Origin: Schizochytrium sp. TIO01
Taxonomy: Eukaryota; Protista; Bigyra: Labyrinthulomycetes
DNA length: 64,000 bases
Assembly (NCBI GenBank): GCA_004764695.1
Contig: SMSO01000014.1
Coordinates: 3,839,648 to 3,903,647 of the forward strand
Direction of reading: 5' to 3'
Notes under the pieces: model-generated
What the model saw: the letters and a program-made list of their open reading frames with translations, nothing else
Told to the model about the DNA's origin: nothing
The model's database searches: none
Made by a program: the position numbers and the translations under genes
In this document: piece by piece, positions 44,796-55,115 of the stretch
How positions within the stretch are numbered: the first letter of the stretch is position 1
How the letters are laid out: each line of letters starts with the position of its first letter

Positions 44796-45466
44796 ATGCC
44801 GCCGAAGAGAAACCCATGGGTAGGCCCTCATTTGGTAAGTTGATCCAGTTCGTGGCAAAACTGCATATAGTAAAGTACAGGAAAGGCACAAACAATGTTA
44901 AGATTATGCTGGCCTTCTCCATAATTCAAGTGTTTGGGTTATGATGCCTTTCAACTGGTTGTTGCGCAAGCCACGATGTTCAGGCTAAAAGACATTTGGA
45001 GTTGTTATTATGAATCTATGTGGCGAAAAAAACTCTAACATTTGGATTTTGGTAATGGTCATACTTTTTCATTGTAAATGCAAAGGTCTTCCCCGTTGTC
45101 ATGGGCACACTGATGTTTGGTGGGGCTGTGCTGCTCGCATACCGCAAGATTCGTTACGACCCAGAGCTCAAGTTAGATGCACGATCAAGACAGAGCCCCA
45201 TTATGGACAACAAGGAAAAGGCCCTGCAATTCCAGGCACACCGCGAATATTTTGGCAAGTTTGACACGTATATCAAGAGGCCTGAGGCCGCAACTCTAAA
45301 ACCTGCTGAGGTAAAGATAATTGATGGAGATAACGAGCAGCCTGACTTGAACGTCATGGCAGAGCCTGCTGCAGCAACAATCTCGGCTTCGGAAGCTGAA
45401 GAGCTGCCGGAAGCCGCCCCAATCGTCTCAGAAACAATTCAAGAAGAAGGAAACGAAGACAAGTAA
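44796..45466 (+). CDS. B12D/NDUFA4 (COXFA4)-family mitochondrial membrane protein, 2 exons (44796-44834, 45086-45466), 139 aa
   Basis: Donor GTAAGT at 44835, CTAAC branch-like motif near 45035 and acceptor AAG at 45083-45085 join in frame to give MPPKRNPWVGPHL|VFPVVMGTLMFGGAVLLAYRKIRYDPELKLDARSRQSPIMDNKEKALQF. This matches the B12D pattern W..P...P...TM...R.....P.......R....N. Confidence 0.75.
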
Positions 45467-45650
45467 TCTTTAAGGGTGATAAGCCTGAAAATCCATAATC
45501 TCTAGATAGAATAAAGCTAGCAAAACATTTGTAGAAAAGCCGGAAAAAAATGTTCCTGGTATGAGAGGCGCATTTTGGTCATTCTACCCTTGAAATATTA
45601 AAGACAACAAAATACTAGAACCTACAGGTCTAGTAGCAAGCTTTGCAAGC

Positions 45651-46661
45651 TCACTGCTTTTGCTGAAGACCAAGAATTATTTTGTACAGCCCTTCGAGAA
45701 CTGGTACTTGGATTTGATGCTCATCAGCACGTCTTGTAAGGAAGCCATTGATAGCTTCAATTTCAGTTTCGCGCCCAGCCAGTACATCAGCAAACATGGA
45801 TGAAGTGTTGGGTTGTGTGAGACGTGCCACGTGCAAGACAAGATTAAGAGCGGATCCGTGTGGTTCAGTGAGCAAGCGAACACCGTCTTCGTGAGCGACG
45901 ATCTGCTCAAACTCATCGCAGGCACTCTGAATAAGAGGGCGCAGCTCTTCGCGCAAAAGACATCCGTTTTTCTCACGAATCATGGCAGTCACAGGATTCA
46001 GGATTGAGTTTACTAGGAGCTTTGTCCAGACCATGGAGCGCACATCGTCACTCACCATGACCTCCTCAGCGTCCATAAGGCCCTTCATGATTGATGACTG
46101 ATTGAGACGCTTAGCAAAGGCTTGAAGTGCCGGCTCGCTTTCTGGACCAACACATGTGATTCCAGGACCATTGAAACGAACATGCTGCTCGCCAACCACG
46201 CTGGCGCCAAGATATGTGAGGCCCTGAAGAACCTTGATGCCTGGGTATGGCTTGAGTGCATCCGCGATAATATCAGCATTACCCATGCCGTTTTGCAGAG
46301 AAACCACGAGGCTTCGATCTGGTACGATGAGGCCCTGCTCTGCAGCCCGAGCAAGCTGTGTTCCAATGTCTTTGGTATCCTTATTTTTAACAGTGACAAG
46401 CGTGAGGTCGAAAGGATGAATGTCGGCATTGAAAGGCACATTGTCAAGTCCGAAGGCGACATCTGTGACCTCGGCACGCATCGCGGATCCGTCTAAGAGA
46501 TCTACGGTAACAGTCCCAGGGCCAGTCGAGCAGACTTTTCCATCTCCACGAGACCTTCGCACAAGAGTCACCGCTGTTGACGGCGTAGATGCCAGTCTTG
46601 TTGCAAAGTATGTTCCCAGCGATCCAGCGCCCACAACGCAAACTCGCAACATTTCGCTCAT
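45651..46661 (-). CDS. panE: 2-dehydropantoate 2-reductase (ketopantoate reductase, PanE/ApbA), about 336 aa
   Basis: VCVVGAGSLG, VTVK, SLQNGMG, WTKLLVNSILNPVTA and SSMFADVLAGRETEIEAING. Confidence 0.93.
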   Translation of the reverse strand: MSEMLRVCVVGAGSLGTYFATRLASTPSTAVTLVRRSRGDGKVCSTGPGTVTVDLLDGSAMRAEVTDVAFGLDNVPFNADIHPFDLTLVTVKNKDTKDIGTQLARAAEQGLIVPDRSLVVSLQNGMGNADIIADALKPYPGIKVLQGLTYLGASVVGEQHVRFNGPGITCVGPESEPALQAFAKRLNQSSIMKGLMDAEEVMVSDDVRSMVWTKLLVNSILNPVTAMIREKNGCLLREELRPLIQSACDEFEQIVAHEDGVRLLTEPHGSALNLVLHVARLTQPNTSSMFADVLAGRETEIEAINGFLTRRADEHQIQVPVLEGLYKIILGLQQKQ

Positions 46662-47419
46662 GGTAAACAAACCTAGGCCGGCTTTGTGTTATGCTTCCCA
46701 AGTGAATAACGATGGCCTATACAAGCTACAGCCTCGGTATCTGCTACTGTCCTTCCTGCGATTGTGAAGATGACGAAGATGAACACAAAGTCGCCGCGTG
46801 TGATCGAGGATGCTCAATACAATCCCAATCTAGTAGTGCAATTTGTATCAGTGGTGCATTTATACAGAACACGGCGTGTCTCTCTATGGTCAAGGTACAC
46901 CTATGGTTATTTTTTATTCGAAATGTTCGTTTATGCAGAGTTGCAAAGGTTCCTTCTCATTTGTAGGCCTCAGAGGAGTTGGCAGCTTAGAGAACGTGGT
47001 TCCATGGTCGGCTGACTCTAGTCTCTGGTTCTGAAGGTTTTAAAATCCAAAAAGTAGAATACAATGGCCCAATATAGTTAGAAAATTTACAACAGCGCGG
47101 ATATAAATATGATGAGCCAAGAACGGCAAATAAGGCCTGGGCGAGGCTGGTCTGGCTTAAGTAAGCTATGGACATCACATTGTGGTGGCGCGGTGGTGAA
47201 GACACTGCGGGCGTGCCTTTCATAATTTAGTTATACGAACGGAAAAGCATAGGTTCGTGGGAAACTTTGAGTAAGCCTTGGCTGCAACGGATCAATTTGT
47301 ACCCTCCGCGTCACACTAATGCGAATCAGAAAAAAGATAAGTAGACTCCAAGATATTTAATTCATAGTTTATGCTGTACTTGGTAAAAAAGATTCAAACA
47401 TGCATAGGGAGTGACCAAC

Positions 47420-48037
47420 ATGACCGAATACCCATGTAGCCAAGCAAACACCATTGCCAGGAAGATGGAAACCCTCAAGGCTGCGTTGGAAAAAGTTTGC
47501 CATGATGTGGATCTGGTAAATGTTTTACGTTCCCAGCCATGTGAACATGTGGCGCAGCCCTGGGAAGATACCCCAGAGGCCAAAATGGAAGATCAAGATG
47601 CAAGGGAGGAGGCCATCGCTTCCAGCAATCGATGCTTGAAAAGTAATAAAACAAAGCGCCTGCAGATTGAATCTTGGTTAGGTAGCACATATGGTGATGC
47701 AATGAATTTATCTGATGTCAAGCGTAAGCTTCACGGGCTGTCCTTACATGAAACTCGTGATCTTGCTCTGCTCTTCATTTTGGAAATGAGGAAAATTCGC
47801 GAGGTTTTCCGACAAGAGCTTAAAGAAGATATTCCTGCACTACAAAAGGAGAATGAAAGACTTCGAGCACGAGTCGATGAGCTCGAGAACCTCCATGGAG
47901 ACATACCACCTGACAAGTCACAACGTTTTGGACTTTCCATACCGCAAGAACGAGCTTTTCATTCTTATGAATCTATCAATACCGCCTTAGACATTCTCAT
48001 TCGACAAAGTAGACAAGAAATGAATCTGTGGCGTTGA
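47420..48037 (+). CDS. Hypothetical coiled-coil protein, 205 aa
   Basis: Uninterrupted ORF with a heptad segment IPALQKENERLRARVDELENL; no family recognised. Confidence 0.5.
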   Translation: MTEYPCSQANTIARKMETLKAALEKVCHDVDLVNVLRSQPCEHVAQPWEDTPEAKMEDQDAREEAIASSNRCLKSNKTKRLQIESWLGSTYGDAMNLSDVKRKLHGLSLHETRDLALLFILEMRKIREVFRQELKEDIPALQKENERLRARVDELENLHGDIPPDKSQRFGLSIPQERAFHSYESINTALDILIRQSRQEMNLWR

Positions 48038-48229
48038 GACTGGGTATATGACGTATACCCCATACAAGATGTAAAAGTAATAGATCAAAATCCTGTTGAT
48101 TAATTATATAAAGATTAAGACGAGAATCTAATTTTTTTTCTATGATGATTGGGATTTGTACTTCGTACGTATGAACACCGGAAACTCGCGCGCGGGGGGA
48201 GGGAGAGTTCGGGTGGCAGCTCCATAAAG

Positions 48230-49460
48230 CAGGCCGTGGGGACATTTTCACACGTAAGCATAAGAGGAGTATCGCCTCCGTGCGGCGTACCTGTGTATGC
48301 ACCGTAGTCGAAAAGGAGATTCACAATCAAGGCGTCACTACTTTTGCATGCGAGCATGAGCGGAGATGAATCGCGCGTTAAACTGGGTCAATGTTGATTT
48401 CGGCACCACAATCAATGAGAAATTGATCAAGCCGGTGCTGTCCGCTATAACAAGCATGCTTAAGCGCTGTCAACTCTTCTCTGTCCACGTCATCTACGTT
48501 GCCTCCGCCATGATCAAGGAAAAGCTCAATCATCTCTTGACGCTGTCCTTCCTCGCCAGCCCTTCCGACAAGAGTAAGTTATCCTTCGCTTCTTCATGCA
48601 ATACAGATCCTGCTCATTGATTCCATCAACCCAGTCGCCCTCGACATAGTCGAAAGGATTGCGTAAGCACTCGAAATTCATACCGTGCTCCACAAATAGG
48701 CGAGCAAGGTCTGTATTTTTCTTTTCGACAGCGATTTTCAAAGCCTCTTCGCGATCCTCGAGCTTATCATCACGACTGCGAAGCATCCGGACAACCTCGA
48801 CTTGACCCTCGCGACACGCTTTCAGAAGAGGAGACTTGTCAGAGTATCCACTATGATTTACTTCTGCTCCACGAAGCGCGCGGCGTTCACGTGACCATTC
48901 ATACAAGCCACAGACAGAGCGGTGATGCCGTTTTCCTCGGAAGCAACATCCGCGCCGAGATCGAGAAGGACCTCCATAACTTTATTGAGACCTTGTCGGC
49001 TTGCGTGATGCAGCGGCTTGGGAATCCACAACTAGCTCAGCTAGCCCACCCCTGCCCACTTGCAGCCTCAACTGCGGAACCCAAGTGGTTGAACATCACC
49101 ACACCGCCCAGCCAAGCTAAAGTTTTGGGCCACCCGAGCACGAAGAGTTCATTTCTTGCAAGGCCAATGACGACATCAGCGCTCAAGTTATTTTCATTCC
49201 AATAGGGAAAATGTATCCACTCAATCACATTCAATCATTACTTTCTCCTCTTGGGGGATCCGCGTTCTTCTTTGTGTGCATCGTAGGTTTTCCGCTTGGG
49301 TCCTGATGTATTTTGTTCAACGTCCGCAAGAATGTGCAAGCCTGAACCATTCGTTCTGGGAGCAGTGATCAGATCGAGGACTTCCACGAACCCAGCATCG
49401 TAGGCAACCCTGAGCGCAGTCTGAGCCTTGCTCGACTTGATGTTGTCCAAGCCGTGCGCG
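48230..49460 (-). pseudogene. Ankyrin-repeat pseudogene
   Basis: ANK fragments in shifting frames: QTALRVAYDAGFVEVLDLI; KPLHHASRQGLNKVMEVLLDLGADV; GITALSVACMNGHVNAARF; KSPLLKACREGQVEVVRML; LTALKHACYSGQHRLDQFLIDCGAEIN; SPLMLACKSSDALIVNLLFDYGA; GDTPLMLTC. Several frameshifts and stops. Confidence 0.85.
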
Positions 49461-50040
49461 CTGTTGAGATCGATGATGACGTACGTTGCTCGAGCCTCGC
49501 CTCTTCTGGCTGACTGACCTCGACCTGCTCAAACGAAAGCTTGCGCGCGCGCGCGCGTGTCCGTCGCGCTCCGACACTATATGTAGCAAACGTCTAATCC
49601 TTTCCTTTGCACGCCGCAGGGGCTCCCATGTCTGCCAATGCATGGGTCTCGAGCTAAAGTGTTCAAGCTGCCTTGAAGTCCCAAACTAGCAACGGATCTA
49701 AATAACCTATTTATCTTTATAGGCAATATCTCTTAATCGATCGGAGCTGGAAGATAGCTGCCGCGAGTGTTCGAGAGGCGTACGTACGTACGGTACGTAT
49801 CCGTGCTACATTTTTGCTTTTGCCCCCCCATCAAAAGCGTGTCAACAACGAGAAGTACCAAGAGGGGAATGCGATCAAGAGGCTGACTGAGAGTGAGGCA
49901 AGAGCTCGGTCTTTGCTCGAATTGCATGCAAAGCAAACAGAATCACGGTCTTCGCGAAAATCTGAAGATACCATTTGTCAGGGCTATAAAACGAATTGTA
50001 CAATCTCGTCGTTGCCGAGATTTTGTGCAAGGCACTTAAA

Positions 50041-51186
50041 TTAACGTGTAAAAGGGTTTGTGAAGTGGAACGAGAGAAACTTGCGCCCGGGCTTGGCAAA
50101 AGCGTCAGGGAGCCACTCATCAAGTGCCAAGACAGGCACGAGCGAGGCATCGGCCCAAACGCCACCGTATCTGCACACCAGCTCGAGGCGCAAAAGGTCC
50201 GAAAGATGCCAGATGCCACGATGGTCCTTGGGCCACGAGGCCGCCGTGAGCGGAGCGAATTTTGCGAGGGTATCGGCGTCGACAACGGTGATGTTCCAGT
50301 CGGGATGGAGCTTGCGCCATCCGTCAATGGCTGCGGAGTTGAGCTTGGCGTGCTTGCGCATGTGCTCTTCGCCCTGAAACCAGAGTAGCCAAATGTTGCG
50401 TGGGATAGGTACCTCACGATGCTTCTTCGAGTCGCGTTCCAAGTCAGCAGCCTTTTCGTCGAGGTAGGAGAGGTATGACTTGAATTCGAGATGGCCCGGG
50501 CGCTTGTAGACGGGCACGCCATCCTCGTAGGAGAGTCTGCCCACCTGAGGTCCGGGTTTATGTGCGTCTGCAGGCAGCTCGGCAAGCGCGTCGATCGCGT
50601 TGCGGGTCTCTTCGTCATTGAGGTACAAGTAGTTTTGCACGTAGTGCACTTGAAAGTAGTTCCACGACGAACACGAGTTGAATGCGCAGTGGAAGTGGTT
50701 GAACCACTTGCAGACTTCGCGATTACCTTTGTCCGCGGCAATGAACCACGAGGGCGTGCGGCGCAATGTTTTGCTGCAGAGGGCTCCGGCTGCCTTTCGC
50801 TGACGTTGTCGAAGGCTGCGTCCAAGCTTGAGCGGGATGCTCGCCACGTCGGTCGTGTCCGGCGGCGTTGTGAGTGCGACGCAGTCGAGGTCGGGATCGA
50901 GGATGTCGTTTCCCCAATTCATGTCGGTGGTCTTTGCCACATTTGTCAAGCCCTTGCCGAGAGCGATCATATCGTTGGTCTCCGAGCCGACACCATCCTC
51001 GTGGTAGGGATCCTCGGTCTTGGGCCTCTCGACCACGAGACTCTCGTTGAGCGCTTCTCCCACGTCTGCCATTGAGATGTACCCGACCAGGACCAGTGTT
51101 AAGACGAGTCCCAGCAGGAATGCGCATCTCGAAACTGGCGACAATGCAAGCATGGACGTGCCATGGTAGTGATCAAGTCCAGGCAT
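50041..51186 (-). CDS. GT32 / capsular-polysaccharide-synthesis-type glycosyltransferase, type II membrane protein, probably 3'-truncated, about 381 aa
   Basis: N-terminal TM anchor; IPRNIWLLWFQG, IDGWRKLHPDWNITVVD and SDLLRLELVCRYGGVWADAS. The ORF stops about 30 aa after the DxD-like motif. Confidence 0.8.
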   Translation of the reverse strand: MPGLDHYHGTSMLALSPVSRCAFLLGLVLTLVLVGYISMADVGEALNESLVVERPKTEDPYHEDGVGSETNDMIALGKGLTNVAKTTDMNWGNDILDPDLDCVALTTPPDTTDVASIPLKLGRSLRQRQRKAAGALCSKTLRRTPSWFIAADKGNREVCKWFNHFHCAFNSCSSWNYFQVHYVQNYLYLNDEETRNAIDALAELPADAHKPGPQVGRLSYEDGVPVYKRPGHLEFKSYLSYLDEKAADLERDSKKHREVPIPRNIWLLWFQGEEHMRKHAKLNSAAIDGWRKLHPDWNITVVDADTLAKFAPLTAASWPKDHRGIWHLSDLLRLELVCRYGGVWADASLVPVLALDEWLPDAFAKPGRKFLSFHFTNPFTR

Positions 51187-51378
51187 CCTGCCCACTCGTG
51201 CAAGCAAGTTCTATTTCTGCTATTGCCGCTGCTCCTGCCGTCGCTCGCGGATGTCTTTGGCGTTTCAAGTCTCAAGTTGACGCCAGACTATCAACCTGCA
51301 ACGCTGCGTAGACGGTCCCCTCCCCTCCAAACCCGGCCAAGCGTAGCACCAGCAGGCCTGTCTGGCTGCCTCCCAAAC

Positions 51379-51456
51379 GCGAACCAACGCGAAGCAATGC
51401 GAACCAACGCGAAGCAATGCGAACCAACGCGAAGCAATGCGAACCAACGCAAAGCG
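51379..51456. repeat. 20-bp minisatellite of alternating 10-mers GAACCAACGC / GAAGCAATGC, about 4 copies
   Basis: Directly visible, about 200 nt upstream of the GT32 gene. Confidence 0.95.
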
Positions 51457-51899
51457 ATTTGAATGAGGCGTAGCTGGCCTCCGCTGAGATCCCAGTCTGC
51501 ATTTCCGCTGAGACCCAATGCCTTGAGACCAATCTGCGCATCATAAGATCCCAGATAAGTTTTACGCGTACCCCATCGTATCAACTCCCAGCGGTACACT
51601 ATCAACTTGTCCCTACCTGTTCTCTTTGATTGGAGGAGTTCTTTCCAGTTCGGTTTCGCTTTCTTTCTCTTTGTTCCTGTAGAGCACGCAGACTCACAGA
51701 ACTGGTCTCTGCAGGAAGCACGCGGCGTCAGTGCTGAGTTTGGGGCGAACGGCTTTCACGCGGCTTAGGTGCCTACTGCTCTGCCCGTTGACTGGGCTGT
51801 CCAGGAAGGGAGGGGCTGTTGGAAGTAACTGCCCGCAAAAGATTGGTCGTTCGTGACTGCTGGGAGTGCACGGAACAAAACATGCCTAAGAACGCGCCT

Positions 51900-52400
51900 A
51901 ACCCTGATTGCGTCGGCGGAATTCCGGGAAGAAAGAACAGAGCTGCCACTTACTTAATGCGCTGCAGCAGATAGAATTCCTACGTGTCAGCATGCAAATG
52001 CTTGGACGTGGATGTGGCGTGGAAGCGCTCGCGGGAGTTCTTTGAGGGCTGCAAAGGACCTCGCTCAAGCTCGGCGTCGTCAATGAGCTGGCTGGGTATA
52101 CGTACGTGCTGTCAATGGGATGGGTCGTTGGCGCTCCTCGTAAGCTCGAGGTCATCAGGTTCAGGTGCGGTGCATTGGCCTTGAACAACTGCCGTCCATC
52201 TCTAAAAATAATGCACCTCTGTAACCCCTTGCGGGCATCTGATTCCATGGCACATCGAGTCGATACGTAGTGGCGTCCATCCATCTCAGCCAGTTTCTCC
52301 AGTGTCCAAGACGGGAAGAGCTCCGCGATAGGGATTCTGAGCGCGCTGAAGACCTCGATCTTGGCGTTTCCACGATCTCTGCAACTCTCGCCGACCTTGC
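51900..52400 (-). pseudogene. GC-rich frameshifted gene fragment, family unknown
   Basis: GNAKIEVFSALRIPIAELFPSWTLEKLAEMDGRHYVSTR...IIFRDGRQLFKANAPHL, then a shifted frame PDDLELTRSANDPSH*QHVRIPSQLIDDAELE. Confidence 0.4.
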
Positions 52401-52580
52401 ACTACTATTTGCTACTCAGCGGCGATGGTCGTTTTTAGAGACGTTGTTTGTCTCAGACACTCGTGCTACAGGTAGACGAGATCCGTTAAGCTCTTTCTAG
52501 TGCTTTCTTTATAGTTCTTTTTTTTGATGAAGTGCAGCCTGATTATCTGACAGCGGGTAACCCAAGCGTTTGGAATTTAC

Positions 52581-53870
52581 TTTAAACTAGTAGCTAGTAG
52601 CAACCAAATAAAGCTGTAAGTGTCAAAAGAACAGCTCAGCGTACATACATATCGCTACTGTTCTTCTGCTCGAAGTTTGTGGTTTACTTCATGTTGTCAT
52701 ACTCTTCTTTTTTATCCTGATGCTTTTCGGCTACATCTCATCGCTGCTCTTCTGGGTAACCTTATGATCTTGCTAAACTTCGATTTATACTTATTACACT
52801 TATTGCTATTCATACCGTTCTTCTCAAACTTTACGCTCTTCTTAAACTTTATGTACTCTACTGACGGACTACGCCCATCAATGCTCCTCATTGAGCTCAA
52901 ATTTGGCACTCTAAAATTTGCATAACATCTGCACGAGCAAATCTGAAGTGCGCATACTTAGCGCTTCACTGCTGGTCTTTGAGGGAGAAAAACCTCTACG
53001 AAACAATCTCTAACAATATATGAAGGGGCCGTCTTAAAGTAAGCCACCTTTTTTAATTTAGTTTAAACTAGTAGCTAGTAGTAATTTAAACTTTACTCTA
53101 ATCATCAAAAGAACAGGGTAGTGTACTCTGTAACTTTAATATAATTCTTCATACAATTCAATCCTACATAGAACCTTAACTTATCCTAAAAACACAGTAA
53201 CAGCCCAATATGTACTCGGGGGGCATCTACAAAGTCTTGTAAGGGGTATTGAAAGCATGCTTGTATAGAAACCCTGAACCTCTCCTTCATTAAGTTCCAT
53301 CATGCTCCATTCTTAACTTTAACTACTCAAGAAAAGAATATTATTGAACTGTCTTGGCATTATCAATTTCAGTACTAACCTATGAGATAATATTTCGATT
53401 TATTTGATCAGTATATAGTTCTCATAAATTCGTATCAATACTACTTTCGTTAACCTTACTTAATTGCTTTACTTAGTGTTATTAGTACTGTTCTTCATTG
53501 AGTGTTTATTGCTACTGTTCTTGTCAAACCTTATTCTTTACTTAGTGTTATTGATACTGTTATTCACTGTTCTTAATTTGAACGCTTTTTATAAAAAAAG
53601 AAAATTCTTGGCTCCTCAAATTTATGCTCTACTTAAATACTGTTCTTCTTTAACTTATGTTTTACAGCTTATTTTGTTTTCCTTTACTTAACCTCATTGC
53701 TACTGTTCTTCTTAAACTTTATGTATTCTACTTCCGGAGTACACTCACTACGAGAAATCATGAATCCTCACATTGTTCTTCCATTCGAAATACGGAATAG
53801 CTCTATTTAGGCGTTCTGTTCTTGAGCTCAAAATTTGGCAGTCACCTAGTAAAATCTAACATTTACATTA
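52581..53870 (-). pseudogene. Two diverged tandem copies of a Glu/Gln-rich coding relic, saturated with stop codons
   Basis: Shared blocks: TTTAAACTAGTAGCTAGTAG (52581, 53062), TCTTCTTAAACTTTATGTA (52837, 53707) and TTGAGCTCAAA(A)TTTGGCA (52891, 53822). Minus-frame translations include HKV*EEQ*Q*G*VK and QEQ*Q*TLNEEQY**H*VKQ. Confidence 0.7.
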
Positions 53871-55115
53871 GCGATGTAGTCCCAATGCACAGCTACAGTA
53901 CCATTCGAAAGAAAGATTGTTGATTTCTCATTTCAATATTCAATTTTGTTCGTTCCGTGAATGTAGTCTAACTCAACTATCCAACTGGCCTATACATTAC
54001 CTGCCACTTCCGACCGAACACAATCCCGAACGTGCAAAGAATTCGACCTATACGAATCCGAAACACATTATGTTGTAACTCTGGATACCAAGCAAAAAGG
54101 AAACCAACTTATACTTTACATCACCAACCTCTTCTTTTTCACACAGTTATTGTACTTACCAATAATGACCTCCTGCGATACATCGAAGATCCCTACGAAT
54201 CGCCCATCGTAAGTACCGAGCTTTGGACCATTCCTGACGTCACCAGATGTCAAGCTCGTGCCTTAGACAGAATTCACTCCTTCAAGGAGAACTCGTCCCC
54301 TCACATCAGACAGTACATCGAAACAAGATTTGGCGTCGCGACTTTCATACTTCAGGCAGCATACTATTTTCAACCCAAAGCACAGTCACAGTATCATTCA
54401 AAAGAATGAATGAGGTCCGTTCTTTATTTCTCGTTCCAGTATTCAATTTCGTTCATTTACCGTCAAGCGAGCATCTTTCTTTCAGCCTTGTCCGCCTGCG
54501 CTGCCCGTGCTGCGTGTATGCTCGTGGCCACTGTCGCTGCCGCTGCCGCTGTAAGCTCGAGCTGCGCGGTTCCCAACGATATATAAATGCCATCATCAAA
54601 AATCAACAAAAGCCAAAAAGATCTTTATTCAAAACAAAGGATTTCACGATCGGCCCAAATTTGAGGCGTCAACGCGCCGCAGAGTTGGAATCGCTGGCCG
54701 GCAGTCAGTATGCCGTGCACATAGCTAGCTAGCTTGTTGTCTGACTGAGCAGTTGCTTACGGCCAAGGCCAAGCAAGCTCTGTCAGTCAGGCAGGCTTGA
54801 CCAAGCGGAGCGACAGCGAGCTACTCCGCAGGTCGCGAGCGCAGCGCAGGCGGCGATCGATCTTTAAAATAAGTCCGGGTCAAGAGCCGTGCAGGTTGTA
54901 ATTATAAAAAGTAAAGAAGAGTCAAGAGAGGCTTGAATAGAAGAAGGACATCAAGTCCTTGTCAAAGTGTTGATGCCACTTACTCACCTGAAATAGAAAG
55001 CAACCAGAAACATAGAGTGCTGACAAATCCCATGAATAAGTGGCACTGTGCATGTGCAACACTTGATACATACAAAAATTTTCTTGATTCAACCATTCGC
55101 AAGGACTTGAATTAC

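Noticed and set aside
49875-50825. 316-aa alternative-frame ORF within the GT32 gene
   Set aside because: S/T/R/P-rich off-frame reading of GC-rich coding DNA.
52581-53870. Alternative genetic code (TAA/TAG=Gln) explanation for the stop-rich relic
   Set aside because: TGA stops and frameshifts are also present, and neighbouring genes end in TAA/TAG and use CAA/CAG normally.
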